Assembly: GCA_965248575.1 (NCBI GenBank)
Contig: CBDFJQ010000002.1
Coordinates: 480,001 to 544,000, forward strand
Direction: 5' to 3'
DNA length: 64,000 nt
Source: Planctomycetota bacterium
GTDB lineage: Bacteria > Planctomycetota > B15-G4
The notes under the pieces were generated by a model, which worked only from the letters and a program-made list of their open reading frames with translations, had not been told where the DNA came from and ran no database searches. A program made the translations under genes and the position numbers. Positions 48,478 through 58,604 of this stretch are shown here, one piece after another. Each line of letters begins with the position of its first letter. Position 1 is the first letter of the stretch.

Positions 48478-50421
48478 GACGGGGATCGCGCGTTCTTCCA
48501 GGAACAGGTCGAGCTCGAGGGTCTCGCCCGACTCGACGTTGATGTCCTGACGTGCTTCGAAGCGGAAGGCTTCGAAGAATGCCTTGGGGACAGCCGTGAT
48601 CTCGTACTCACCGGCTGGCACCGAATCGAAGCGGAAGGTGCCATCCATGTTCGCGGTGGTGCGCAGTCGTGCGGCCGCGCCGCTCAAGCTCACGGAGGCG
48701 CCGTTCAGGCCGGATCCGCGCGAGCTGGTGATCCTTCCAAGCACCGTGCCTCCCACCTCGCGGGTGAGGACGCCTACGTCGATGGCTTCACCATCCACGA
48801 GTTGCAGGTCGCGCACGTGCAGGTTGGGCATGCCGGGAGTCTTCACGGAGAGCACGTAGCTTCCCGCGGGCACATGGGCCAGTCGAAAGGCACCGGTCTT
48901 GCCGGTCTTGACCCGCAATCCGTGCACTGGCTTGGTCGGAAACGCAAAGTCGAGCGGGCCGTTGGGGTCCCACTCCCCATCGCGCAGTTCGACGACGGCG
49001 TTGGGTGTGGCCTTCGCCAGCTTGCCCGAGATGCTGCCCCCTGAGCGAAGGCGCACCGTGACGGGAACCTCCAGCACATCCTGCCCCAGGATCAGGTCCT
49101 GACTGCGAGTGGCTGCGTAGCCGGCAGCCTTGACCAGGAGCACATAGCTTCCGGAGCGCAGGCCGCCGAATTCGAAGCGGCCGCTGTCATCCAGCTCGAA
49201 CTCGCGATCCCGTCCAGCTTGCCCCAGGACCCGGGCCCCCGTGCGCGCATCGGGGGTGGCGGTGACGGTCACCTTGGGCGGCATGCCATCGGTCGCCAGG
49301 ACAGTGCCCACGACGGTGATGGCGTGTTGGGCTCGCAGCACCTGGTCCGTGCGCCCGGCGTCGAGCTTGATGGGCAGGGGCAGGTACCAGTCGTCGGAGG
49401 AGAAGCGCACGTCATAGCGCCCTTCCGCAAGGCCCTCGAAGAGGAAGACTCCCTGCTCGTCCGTGACGTGCTTGAGCATGTAGTACGCCTTGTTGTTGGG
49501 CACGCGGCGCACGAGCTCGATCGTCGCACCGGGCACCGCTTGTTCTTCTGGTCCCAGCACGACACCGCCGAGAGCGAAGCCGGAGCCTTCCAGCACGTAG
49601 TCCTGCTCGTAGGAACCGCTGGAGTTGTTGAGCATGAAGGCGATGGTCGACTGCAGGGGGGCATAGCCCTCGGCGTTGATGTCGACGGTGTACTGCCGTC
49701 GGCCGAGATGCTCGATGGTGTACTCGCCCAACGCATCGGTGATGCGCTCCGTGACCACCGTCGGCTCAGGGAGCCCCGCATCCGCCGTGGCGCGACCCAC
49801 GTCGGAGACCAGCAAGCGCGCGCCTTGGATCGCTCGCCCTTCGGGATCGAGAACCTTGCCGTAGAGGCTGAGGCCCTTGTCCAGGATGACGTCACCGAGG
49901 TCCAGCACCTGGCCCTCCTGAAGACGCACCGGCTCGACCATCGCTGGAGCGGCATCAATGTGGGAGACCTCCAGCGCCAGGGTTTCACCCAAGGGGAGCC
50001 CCACGAGGCGGAAGCGGCCGTCCTCTCCGCTGAGGGCCTGGATGTCCACCGGCAGGTACTGCAGCCACGCCGAACCGCCTCCGACCACGAAGCCCTGCAG
50101 CAGGGCTCCGGGCAGCGGGGCTCCACCCTTGACCACGATCCGCCCGACGACTTGGGCCGGGCTGCGCTGTCCTTCCGGGATGAGCTGAGCTTCCGGGTCC
50201 GGGTCGATCATCGGCAAAGCCGGCAGCTCGGCGGCGCGGGGGTCCGGGACCAGCGTGGGGACTCGCCCGTCGGCCGTGGGTGCTGCAAGCCCCTGCGGGT
50301 CTCTGGGCTGTCCCGTCTGGCCGGGGTCCCTGCCGTCCTGGAGCAGGAACAAGGCGGCCAGCAGCCCGAGCACGGTGAGCACGAGCAGGGCGAGCACGAG
50401 ACGGGAGGGGCCGGAGGACAT
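48460..50421 (-). CDS. Membrane-anchored protein with tandem carboxypeptidase-regulatory-like beta-sandwich repeats
   Basis: Repeated 'G.V.dpeG.pi.GA....TD..G.F...L..G.Y.v...aeGya' units after an N-terminal TM. Confidence 0.8.
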   Translation of the reverse strand: MSSGPSRLVLALLVLTVLGLLAALFLLQDGRDPGQTGQPRDPQGLAAPTADGRVPTLVPDPRAAELPALPMIDPDPEAQLIPEGQRSPAQVVGRIVVKGGAPLPGALLQGFVVGGGSAWLQYLPVDIQALSGEDGRFRLVGLPLGETLALEVSHIDAAPAMVEPVRLQEGQVLDLGDVILDKGLSLYGKVLDPEGRAIQGARLLVSDVGRATADAGLPEPTVVTERITDALGEYTIEHLGRRQYTVDINAEGYAPLQSTIAFMLNNSSGSYEQDYVLEGSGFALGGVVLGPEEQAVPGATIELVRRVPNNKAYYMLKHVTDEQGVFLFEGLAEGRYDVRFSSDDWYLPLPIKLDAGRTDQVLRAQHAITVVGTVLATDGMPPKVTVTATPDARTGARVLGQAGRDREFELDDSGRFEFGGLRSGSYVLLVKAAGYAATRSQDLILGQDVLEVPVTVRLRSGGSISGKLAKATPNAVVELRDGEWDPNGPLDFAFPTKPVHGLRVKTGKTGAFRLAHVPAGSYVLSVKTPGMPNLHVRDLQLVDGEAIDVGVLTREVGGTVLGRITSSRGSGLNGASVSLSGAAARLRTTANMDGTFRFDSVPAGEYEITAVPKAFFEAFRFEARQDINVESGETLELDLFLEERAIPVSTTDG

Positions 50422-50621
50422 GGGCGCAGAGTCTACGGGGAGGGAGGGGGGTCTTCGACCCGCTGGCTTCGCAAGGGCTTCCCGCTTGGAAGCGACGGGA
50501 GCCAGGGAGCTCCGTTGAGGTTGCCAACCAGCTCAAATATGGCGTATCGATTTCTACTCATGTGTTGTGAGAGGCGGGGACGAGGGGGAAAGACCCCTTT
50601 TCCCCTACGGAGTCCATCGGC

Positions 50622-52181
50622 ATGGGATCCCGTCGCTTTGTCGTTTCGTCCGCCTTGATTGCCCTCTCTTTGAGTCCCCTGTGGGGGTGTTCGGCCCCGA
50701 CCCTGCAGGACGGTCCGGGGGATGGGCATCGTCTGGGACTTTCGAACGAGCAGGAGACGGAGCGGCCAGTGGACCGGCTGGCCAAGCGGCTGGTGGAGAT
50801 GGAGGCCAAGCAGGATTCCGACGCTCGGTCAGCCGCGAAGGCCCGCCAGCATCTTGCCCAGCTAGAGTTGCTGACTGAGGGAGCGACGGCGCTTTCGTCC
50901 GGGGACCCCGCCCTGGCTGCGGATCTGTTGGCGGCCTTCCTGGAGTTCGAACCAGACAACGGCATGGCGCTCTTCCTACGCGGCGTGGCCCTGCTCGACC
51001 TCGGGGCAACCGAGCAGGCGCAGGCGCTGTTGATCGCGGCGACGGAGGCCGAGCCCGAGGACGCGAGCAGCTTCGCTGTGCTGGCGCGCATCGAATTCGA
51101 GTTGGGTCATGGGCAGGCAGCCATCGCGGCGATCCGTCGCTCGACGGAGTTGGCGCCGGAAGTCGGACAACACTGGACGAGCCTGGGGTTGCTGCACTTC
51201 GAACAGGAACATTGGAACCAGGCCTACGACGCGCTGCTGCGTGCGGTCGAACTGGACGAGCAGGATGATGCAGCCCATCGCGCCCTGGGTCGGCTCTACC
51301 TGAACGTGGGCGAGCTTGCGCTTGCGGAGCGCGCCTTCAGGACGGCTTCGAGCCTGGTTCCGGACGATGCGAGCCTGCAGGTGGTGCTGGGGCATGTCTT
51401 GCGCGACCTGGATCGCCGCGAGGATTCGCTGCTCGCGTACCGCATGGCTCTGGAGCTTGAACAGGACAACCCCTGGACGCACGCCAACATGGCGTCGGTG
51501 CTGCTGGAGTTGGGGCGCCCGCATGAGGCTCGGCCACACTTCGAGCAGGCGCTCGCGCAGCTGGAAGGCGCAGGTCCTGACGGTGCCTTCGTGTTCTTGA
51601 ACTACGGCGGCATGCTGGAGGGCGTGGGCGATCTGGACGGCGCCCAGACCGCCTACGAATGGGCCATCGAGGAGGCACCAGGACTCGCCGTGGCCCATGA
51701 AGCGCTGGGTGAGCTGCACCTGAACCTGGGAGATCGCAAGGCAGCCCAGGAATCCCTGGCGCGCGCGGATGCGCTCGGGACGCTGAGACCTGAGACCTTG
51801 CTGGAGCTGACGTTCCTGTGGGAGGAAGGGCAGGACTGGGGGGCTGCAAAGCGCTGTGCTGGTCGTCTGCTGCAGGGCGTCGCGGACGACGAGCACATGG
51901 CGTTCCTGCGGGCCCGACTGCTGCTCCGCAGCCGGCATCCTGCGGTGCGGGATCCGGCGGCCGCCGTCGAACTCCTGCTGCCCCTGGTCACCGGGGCTTA
52001 TCAGAACCACCCCGCCAGTTGGGAGCTCCTGTGCGACGCCTTCACGACGATCGGCGAGGTCGAGGAAGCCATTGAAGCCCTCGACGGTGCGTTGAGAGCG
52101 CCCAATGTGGCGCAGGCCATGCGCACCCGGTTCGAGGCCCGGCGTGAACGCCTGCTGAGCCGCCTGCAGTCCGATCCCTGA
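50622..52181 (+). CDS. TPR-repeat lipoprotein
   Basis: Lipobox LWGC; multiple TPR units such as AHRALGRLYLNVGELALAERAFRTA. Confidence 0.85.
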   Translation: MGSRRFVVSSALIALSLSPLWGCSAPTLQDGPGDGHRLGLSNEQETERPVDRLAKRLVEMEAKQDSDARSAAKARQHLAQLELLTEGATALSSGDPALAADLLAAFLEFEPDNGMALFLRGVALLDLGATEQAQALLIAATEAEPEDASSFAVLARIEFELGHGQAAIAAIRRSTELAPEVGQHWTSLGLLHFEQEHWNQAYDALLRAVELDEQDDAAHRALGRLYLNVGELALAERAFRTASSLVPDDASLQVVLGHVLRDLDRREDSLLAYRMALELEQDNPWTHANMASVLLELGRPHEARPHFEQALAQLEGAGPDGAFVFLNYGGMLEGVGDLDGAQTAYEWAIEEAPGLAVAHEALGELHLNLGDRKAAQESLARADALGTLRPETLLELTFLWEEGQDWGAAKRCAGRLLQGVADDEHMAFLRARLLLRSRHPAVRDPAAAVELLLPLVTGAYQNHPASWELLCDAFTTIGEVEEAIEALDGALRAPNVAQAMRTRFEARRERLLSRLQSDP

Positions 52182-52274
52182 GCCTTCGGTCCAGCTCGCT
52201 ACCGGACCCGGCTGTCTGGGGCCTGGGAGCGGGGGCTCGTAGCAGATACCTGCGCTGGCTAGAATGCGCGTCCC

Positions 52275-52427
52275 ATGGGACTCCCGCGTGTGATCCAGTT
52301 GCTTGGCGTCGTCACCGTCACCTTCGTGATGGTGCGTTCGTACATGGTGGATTCCATGGCCTTCCAATTCGGCGGGTTGGCCATTGGCGCTGCGCTCTTC
52401 CTGATCGGCAAGCGCATGGAGAGCTAG
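52275..52427 (+). CDS. Small (50 aa) two-TM membrane protein
   Basis: Manual translation MGLPRVIQLLGVVTVTFVMVRSYMVDSMAFQFGGLAIGAALFLIGKRMES; GC3-rich codons; below the ORF-track cutoff. Confidence 0.65.
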   Translation: MGLPRVIQLLGVVTVTFVMVRSYMVDSMAFQFGGLAIGAALFLIGKRMES

Positions 52428-52474
52428 CCGACTGCTCGCTGTGCTGGCAACGCGAAAAACACTTACGGAGCCAC

Positions 52475-54181
52475 CTAGGGGGCGGGCGACAGCAAGTCAG
52501 GGATCGTGATCATCAGGTAGGCGACCTCCGTGTCATCCCGCACCAGCAGCTGCAGGTTCGCCAGCTCATGGATGGTGGCGACATCGAACGGCAAGGCGGC
52601 ACCGTCCTTGGTCCGCAGCCTCAGACGTCCCTTGCTCGACTTGCCGAGCTGGGTCAGTTCACCGATGTCCTGAAAGTCTTGCTTGCCCGGCTCTGTTTCC
52701 ATGGCCACGTGCCAGGTCGAAGCGCTGAAGTCGAGCTTCTTGACCGACACCTCGAAGCGCTCGTCGCCCTTGATCGGTTTGGACGAGATGCGCAACGTGC
52801 CCTTGAGCGAGTTGGTAGGTGCCCCCTTGATGGGGAGCAGCTTCAGCTTGGCAGAGGCGTTGTCGGCTGGGGTGGAGTAACCGGTGGGGGCCGCGCCTTG
52901 CAGCACCAGCTCGCCCAGGGCGACGATTTCCACACGCCGGCCGAAGAGGTCTTCTGTGGACGCGACATCGAAGGGCAGGGCCGTTCCGTCGGACGTGTCT
53001 GCGACGAAAATGAGGTTGCCCTGCTGGGGCGGCGAGCCTCCGTCGTCGGTCTTGGTCAACTTGCCAGCCTCTTCGAACTCGTCGGTGTCGACACCCGTTT
53101 CGACCCACAGGTGGTAGTTCTCGTCGCCGTCGACATCCCAGATGAAAACGTCGAACAGGTCCCTGTTCTTGTGGGGCTGCTGGCGGAGTTTGACCTTGCC
53201 GCCTGCGCCGGCGAGAGGGGCCGGGTTGGGGGTGCTCAGGGAGACCTCGGCTTTGAGGTTCTTCTCCGGGCCGCCCCAGGAGGAAGGCAGCGTGGCCTGC
53301 AGCACCACGTCACCCTCGGAGCGAATCTGCACACGGCGGTCGAGCAGGTCGTTGTTGCTCGAGACATCCAGGGGCAGCTCGTCGCCTTGCTTGGTGTCGA
53401 GCCTCAGTTCGAACTGAGGGTCTTCGTCATCATCATCGTCGTCCTGGTCAGCACCGTTCTGGGTCTGCCCCATGGCATCCAGGGAGCCGATGTTCACCAG
53501 CTTGTCGGAGCCTGGTGGGTCTTCGAGGTAGAGGTCGTGGGTGGTCTGCACGTCGACGTCATACGCGTTGACCTCGAATCGTTCTTTGCCCTTGCTGGCT
53601 TGGGATGACAGGCGCACATCACCCGTGGCGTCTGCGTCCGGTGGATTGTCCGGGCGCACGAGCATCGAGATGGCCTGAAGCGTCTTGCCCTTGGTCGCCT
53701 TGCCGCCTGGCAGGATGGCCCTCAAGTAGAGGTCATCCTCCACACGGATCTCGATCTCACGACCGAAGAGCTGCGCGACGTCCGCCGCCCCCAACGGCAA
53801 GCTGTCTCCCTTCTTGGTCAGGGCTTTCCATTTCATGGAGCCCTCTGACCCCGCCTTGTCTGTTTCCAGTTTCGCCACGAAGCTGAACGTCTTGGTGTCG
53901 GGGTCGAGCGGATCGGAGGCGTCCTGGACGAAGAGCTCGAAGTCGAGATCCGTGTCGACTTGCTTCACCTTCAACTCGAAGCGTTCGTCGTTTTTGTTGG
54001 GTTTCGAGCGCAGGCGCAACGAACCGAAAGCATTGCCGTCGGGGGCGCCGGCAGGGCGGAGCAAGGGGACGGTCCAGGATTGAACGCCCTGGCTGCCGGT
54101 GGGCAGGGCGGCGCTCCAGGCAGCTGGGCCGAGGCCAAGCCAGAGGGCAATTACGCTCAAACCGATGCAGGCAGTCTTCAT
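52475..54181 (-). CDS. Secreted hypothetical protein with four tandem ~130-aa repeats
   Basis: Signal peptide MKTACIGLSVIALWLGLGPAAWSA; four units each containing 'G..LP(L/F)(G/D)...L'. Confidence 0.8.
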   Translation of the reverse strand: MKTACIGLSVIALWLGLGPAAWSAALPTGSQGVQSWTVPLLRPAGAPDGNAFGSLRLRSKPNKNDERFELKVKQVDTDLDFELFVQDASDPLDPDTKTFSFVAKLETDKAGSEGSMKWKALTKKGDSLPLGAADVAQLFGREIEIRVEDDLYLRAILPGGKATKGKTLQAISMLVRPDNPPDADATGDVRLSSQASKGKERFEVNAYDVDVQTTHDLYLEDPPGSDKLVNIGSLDAMGQTQNGADQDDDDDDEDPQFELRLDTKQGDELPLDVSSNNDLLDRRVQIRSEGDVVLQATLPSSWGGPEKNLKAEVSLSTPNPAPLAGAGGKVKLRQQPHKNRDLFDVFIWDVDGDENYHLWVETGVDTDEFEEAGKLTKTDDGGSPPQQGNLIFVADTSDGTALPFDVASTEDLFGRRVEIVALGELVLQGAAPTGYSTPADNASAKLKLLPIKGAPTNSLKGTLRISSKPIKGDERFEVSVKKLDFSASTWHVAMETEPGKQDFQDIGELTQLGKSSKGRLRLRTKDGAALPFDVATIHELANLQLLVRDDTEVAYLMITIPDLLSPAP

Positions 54182-54360
54182 GGTGACGATCAAGGGTGGG
54201 GATTCGGAGCCGGAGAGGGCGGACTCAAGGGATGCTCCGCCGCGCTCACCCCGACGGGGGCGAAGCGATGGAGAAAGTCTAGCAGCGCATGAGCCTGGGG
54301 CGAGTTCTGGGCCGGGGCTAGGCCGGGGCTGGGCAGGTGCCAGGACGTTGACGCTGCGCC

Positions 54361-56175
54361 TTAGCGGGCCGTCATGAGGGCCCTGCGATAGGTCCTCAAC
54401 ACTCGTGCGCGTGTGAGCGAACCGACAAGTTTGTCCTCCACGACCACGGGGATCTCGAAGAGATCTTCACTGTCGAGGACTTCCATGGCGTGCAGCAAGG
54501 TGTCGGCTGGATGGAGCGTCGCCACCGGGTGGGCGCAGTCGCCCGCCAGGAGCAGGTGGTCGAGGTGCTCGTCGCGCAGGAACTCCCGGACGTCCGCCAG
54601 GGAGATGGAGCCCGTGAGGCGCCCGCGTGCATCCACCACGGGGAAGTCGTGTTGATCTGATTGGAGCAGGCGTCGCACGATGCGATCGAAGGTGGTTGTT
54701 TCGACGATCGTCTCGGTGGGAGGTCGCATGGCGTCGCCCACCCGCAAGCGACGCAGGATGGCGGTGTCCTGGTGGTCTCGCAGCAGGATTCCGCGCCGTG
54801 ATAGGGGCAGGGTGTAGATGCTGTCAGGCATCAGGCGCGACGCCACCACCGTGGACAGCACGGAGGCCGTCATGAGCGGCAGGATCAGCAGGTAGTTGTC
54901 GCTCATCTCGAACAGCAGCAGGATGGCTGTCATGGGGGCGTGAGCCGTACCCGCCAGCAGTGCAGCCATGCCCGCCATGGCGTAGGCACCGAAGCCTGCC
55001 ACCTGGCCCGGGAAGATCATCTCGAGGAACTGACCAAACACGCCACCGAACATGGCGCCCACGAAGAGCGAGGGTGCGAACACGCCCCCCGAGCCACCGC
55101 CGCTCAGGGTCATCGACGTCGCCAGCGTCTTGACCACGCCCAGGGCGAGCAGCAGCTTCCAGGTCATGGTCGCCTGGTCGGAGGTGAGCACCTCGGTCAT
55201 GGTGTGGTGCCCTTCGCCCAGCACCCGGGGCAAGACTAGGCCAGCGGCGCCCACGAGCAGGCCAGCGATGACCGCCTTGAGCCAGGCGGGGACCTGCCAC
55301 GCAGCTGCCCGATCTTCGATGGCATACAGGGTTCGCGTGAAGCCCACGGAGAGTACGCCGAACAACAGACCGAGCACGATGTACGCACCCATCTCCCAAG
55401 GCGTCACCAGGGTCAGCCCTTGGCGCAAGGTCTCTGGGATGGCGAAGGCGGGTTCTTCACCCAGCATGCGTCGGGCGGTGACACTGCCCGCAACCGAGGC
55501 GATCAGCACCGGCGAGAAGGCGCTCAGGCTGTAGCTCCCGATCACGATCTCGAGCGCGAACATGACGCCGCCGATCGGCGCGTTGAAGACCGCAGCCACA
55601 CCCGCTGCAGCACCGCAGCCCACCAGGGTGCGCACCGCCTTTCCGTGGACGCCAAAGAAGCGGCCGATGGAGGAGCCGAACGCGGCACCGACCTGGACGA
55701 TGGGGCCCTCTTTGCCGACTGAGCCACCGAGCCCGATGTTCAGCGAGGAGGCCAGCAGCTTGACCCAGCCGATGCGTGCCTTCATCTGGCCGCCGCGCCG
55801 GGCCACGGCCTGCATGACCTCCGGCACGCCGTGTCCGCCGGCTTCCGGGGAGAGCCAGCGCACGATGAGCACCACCAGCAGCATGCCCACGACCACGACG
55901 CCCACGGGGTACAGGAACGGCAAACTGTGATCGCCGCCGTGAGAGAGAGCGGCTTCGGGCACCACGTCGTCCAGGCCCAGCTTCCAGCCCCAGACCAACG
56001 AGTTGATGCCGCGCACCAGGAGCACGAAGGCGACGGCTGCAAAACCCGAGACGATGCCCGCCAAGGCGCCCAGCAGGATCAGGGTCGTGGATTCCCCGCC
56101 GAGCAGGTGCGAAAGGCGCGCCGCACCGTGAAGCAGGCGGCGGTGCAGGGCGTGAAAGGATCGGCGGCGTGGCAT
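54361..56175 (-). CDS. ClC family chloride channel/antiporter with CBS pair
   Basis: GHGVPEV, GKEGP, FNAPIGG, GGVFAPSL, SIYT; two C-terminal CBS domains. Confidence 0.95.
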   Translation of the reverse strand: MPRRRSFHALHRRLLHGAARLSHLLGGESTTLILLGALAGIVSGFAAVAFVLLVRGINSLVWGWKLGLDDVVPEAALSHGGDHSLPFLYPVGVVVVGMLLVVLIVRWLSPEAGGHGVPEVMQAVARRGGQMKARIGWVKLLASSLNIGLGGSVGKEGPIVQVGAAFGSSIGRFFGVHGKAVRTLVGCGAAAGVAAVFNAPIGGVMFALEIVIGSYSLSAFSPVLIASVAGSVTARRMLGEEPAFAIPETLRQGLTLVTPWEMGAYIVLGLLFGVLSVGFTRTLYAIEDRAAAWQVPAWLKAVIAGLLVGAAGLVLPRVLGEGHHTMTEVLTSDQATMTWKLLLALGVVKTLATSMTLSGGGSGGVFAPSLFVGAMFGGVFGQFLEMIFPGQVAGFGAYAMAGMAALLAGTAHAPMTAILLLFEMSDNYLLILPLMTASVLSTVVASRLMPDSIYTLPLSRRGILLRDHQDTAILRRLRVGDAMRPPTETIVETTTFDRIVRRLLQSDQHDFPVVDARGRLTGSISLADVREFLRDEHLDHLLLAGDCAHPVATLHPADTLLHAMEVLDSEDLFEIPVVVEDKLVGSLTRARVLRTYRRALMTAR

Positions 56176-56223
56176 CGTCCCCGAGACGATAGGCGGCTGC
56201 CCACGCTGGGGCCAGGGCGAGCC

Positions 56224-57111
56224 TCAGGCGCGCGGGTGCGCCTTGATGTAGACCTCTTTCAGGCGTCGGATACTCACGTGAGTGTAGATCTGTGTCGTGG
56301 ACAGGCTCTCATGCCCCAACAACTCCTGGACCACCCGCAGGTCGGCACCGCGGTCCAGCAAGTGGGTGGCGAAGGAGTGCCGCAGGGTGTGCGGGGAGAC
56401 ATCTTCGGTGAGGCCGGCAGCCGCGGCCCGGGCCTTGACCATCCGGGCGACACTGCGCGAGGTGAGCCGGCCGCCGTCCCGCAGGTTGATGAATAGCGCT
56501 TCCTCCTTGGTTCGGCGCCGCTGCCGAAGGGTCTGGAGACGCAAGGGGAGCCAGGCTTCCACGGCTCGACAGGCGGCGCCTCCGATGAGGCCCAGGCGTT
56601 CCTTGCGGCCCTTGCCGTAGAGGCGCACCGAGCCCCCGCTGAGATCCACGTGGCCCAGGTCGAGCCCGGTGCATTCGGCGACACGCATCCCGGTGGAGTA
56701 GAGCAGCTCCAGCAGCGCGCGATCTCGTAGCCCCGCCGCCTCATCCTCCTGGGGAGCGGCCAGGAGGGCATCCACCTGGGATTCGTCGAGGGTCCTGGGC
56801 AGGTGACGCCCTCGGCGCGGTGTCCGCAGCGCAGCGGCCGGGTTCTTTTCGGCGCGCCCTGTGCGTTGCATCCAGCCGAAGAACCCGCGCAGGGCTGCCT
56901 GCTTGCGCGACAAGGTGGCTCGGCTCGGTTCCTGGAGCGTGGCCAGGAAGGCACGCAGCAACAGGGTGTCGATCTGCGCCGGGTCGTGAACGCCCTCTTC
57001 CTTCGCGAAGGCGAGCAGGGCGCTCAGATCCGAGGCGTAGGCACGCAGGGTGTGCGGGCTGGCCTGGCGGCTGTCCCTGAATTCGGCGAGAAAGGCGTCC
57101 AGCAGATCCAT
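56224..57111 (-). CDS. xerC: Tyrosine recombinase XerC
   Basis: SPHTLRAYASDL, RDRALLELLYSTGMRVAE, GKGRKER, HTLRHSFATHLLDRGADLR, TTQIYTH...AHPRA. Confidence 0.9.
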   Translation of the reverse strand: MDLLDAFLAEFRDSRQASPHTLRAYASDLSALLAFAKEEGVHDPAQIDTLLLRAFLATLQEPSRATLSRKQAALRGFFGWMQRTGRAEKNPAAALRTPRRGRHLPRTLDESQVDALLAAPQEDEAAGLRDRALLELLYSTGMRVAECTGLDLGHVDLSGGSVRLYGKGRKERLGLIGGAACRAVEAWLPLRLQTLRQRRRTKEEALFINLRDGGRLTSRSVARMVKARAAAAGLTEDVSPHTLRHSFATHLLDRGADLRVVQELLGHESLSTTQIYTHVSIRRLKEVYIKAHPRA

Positions 57112-57185
57112 GCCCCAGCACTCGCACGTTCCGCCCCCGGATTCCAGGCTGGGCTCGAGTTTGGAGGTGCCTACACTCTCTCCTC

Positions 57186-58604
57186 ATGGAGTCCCTGCAG
57201 CTCGTCGAACTCGCCCCAGGGCCCCCCCTCGCGCAATTGGCGGCCGCAATGCCTGCACAGAGCCGGCCCGTGGTGCTGGCCGGGGGCGGAGGGCTCGCTG
57301 GAGCGTCCATGGATGCCTGGCGGTACCTGGCCTGGGATCCCATCCAGGTCCTGGAACACGTGGTCTCTGGGCTCCAGGTGTGCGAGCCGAGTCGGCGTGC
57401 ACTGCCTCGCTTGATGGCTGCGCTGGAGCGCCAGTTCGGAGCCCCTGCCGCTGCGAGCGCAGAGCAAGCAGCGTGGGATGGCCCTGCGCTGCCCCCGTTT
57501 TGTGGGGGGGCGGTCGGGCTGCTGGGCTTCGATCTGGGGCGCGAGCTTGAGCTGCTGCCCGACCGGTTGGTGCGCGATGTGCCCCTGCCCGATCTGAGTG
57601 TGGGTCTCTATCCGTTCGTGCTGGCCGAAGAGGTGGAGAGCGGCCGACGGCTGTTGCTGGGGCGCGGCCAGGCCGGGGAGTGGGTCTCGCGCCGGGCGGA
57701 GTTGGAGGCCCTGGCGCGGACCTCCCCAGCACTGACGGGACCGAGCGCCCAGGCAGCTGGGGCGCCCACCAGCACGTTCTCGCGCCGCAGCTACGAAGCG
57801 GCGGTCGAGCGCATCCTGGGCCACATCCGTTGCGGCGACATCTACCAGGTGAACCTCTCCCAGCGTTTTGAGCTGCCGTTTGCTGGTCGAGCCAGTGAGC
57901 TCTTTCATGCCGTGAGCAGCCAGAGCCCGGTGCCCTTTGCATCCCTGATGCGGACACCGGATTGGTCGTTGGTCTCCAACTCGCCAGAGCTGTTCCTACG
58001 ACGGCGCGCGGGCTTGGTGGAGTCGCGACCCATCAAGGGGACCCGGCCTCGTGGTGCAACTCCAGCCGAAGACGAGCGTCTGCGGGTCGAGTTGGAGTCG
58101 AGCGAGAAGGAGCTCGCCGAACTCGCCATGATCGTCGACCTCGTGCGCAACGATCTCGGGCGCTCGGCAGTGGTGGGCAGCGTCACGGTGGACCTGCCCT
58201 TCGAGACAGACGCCTGGGCCACGGTGTTCCATCGCATGGCGCGGGTCTCGGCTCGCTTGCCGCCCGAGATGGACCTGGCGCCCGTGCTTGAGGCGGCCTT
58301 TCCTCCGGCCTCCGTGACGGGCACACCCAAGATCCGGGCGCTCGAGATCATCGAGGCGGTCGAACCCGTGCGCCGGCATGCGTACACCGGAGCTCTGGGT
58401 TGGATCGGTGCCGATGGCGACTGCGACCTCTCGGTGAACATCCGAACCGCAACCCTGAATGAAGGCCGTCTGCTTGTCCCCGTCGGTGGTGGGCTCACTG
58501 TGGGCAGCGACCCGGCTGCGGAATACCTTGAAACCCTGCACAAGGCGCGCGCTCTCTTCGAAGCCGCGCATGTGCCCTTGCCCCATGGGAGCCTGGTTGC
58601 GTGA
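57186..58604 (+). CDS. pabB: Aminodeoxychorismate synthase component I
   Basis: GDIYQVNLS, SPELFL, PIKGT (PabB-type Lys), MIVDLVRNDLG; adjacent to pabC. Confidence 0.85.
   Translation: MESLQLVELAPGPPLAQLAAAMPAQSRPVVLAGGGGLAGASMDAWRYLAWDPIQVLEHVVSGLQVCEPSRRALPRLMAALERQFGAPAAASAEQAAWDGPALPPFCGGAVGLLGFDLGRELELLPDRLVRDVPLPDLSVGLYPFVLAEEVESGRRLLLGRGQAGEWVSRRAELEALARTSPALTGPSAQAAGAPTSTFSRRSYEAAVERILGHIRCGDIYQVNLSQRFELPFAGRASELFHAVSSQSPVPFASLMRTPDWSLVSNSPELFLRRRAGLVESRPIKGTRPRGATPAEDERLRVELESSEKELAELAMIVDLVRNDLGRSAVVGSVTVDLPFETDAWATVFHRMARVSARLPPEMDLAPVLEAAFPPASVTGTPKIRALEIIEAVEPVRRHAYTGALGWIGADGDCDLSVNIRTATLNEGRLLVPVGGGLTVGSDPAAEYLETLHKARALFEAAHVPLPHGSLVA

Noticed and set aside
50535..50560. Possible sigma54 promoter TGGCGTATCGATTTCT
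   Set aside because: Lacks the invariant GC at -12; too weak to call.
56224..57111. Tyrosine recombinase as a sign of an integrated element
   Set aside because: Housekeeping XerC-like sequence; no att repeats, cargo genes or compositional shift seen.
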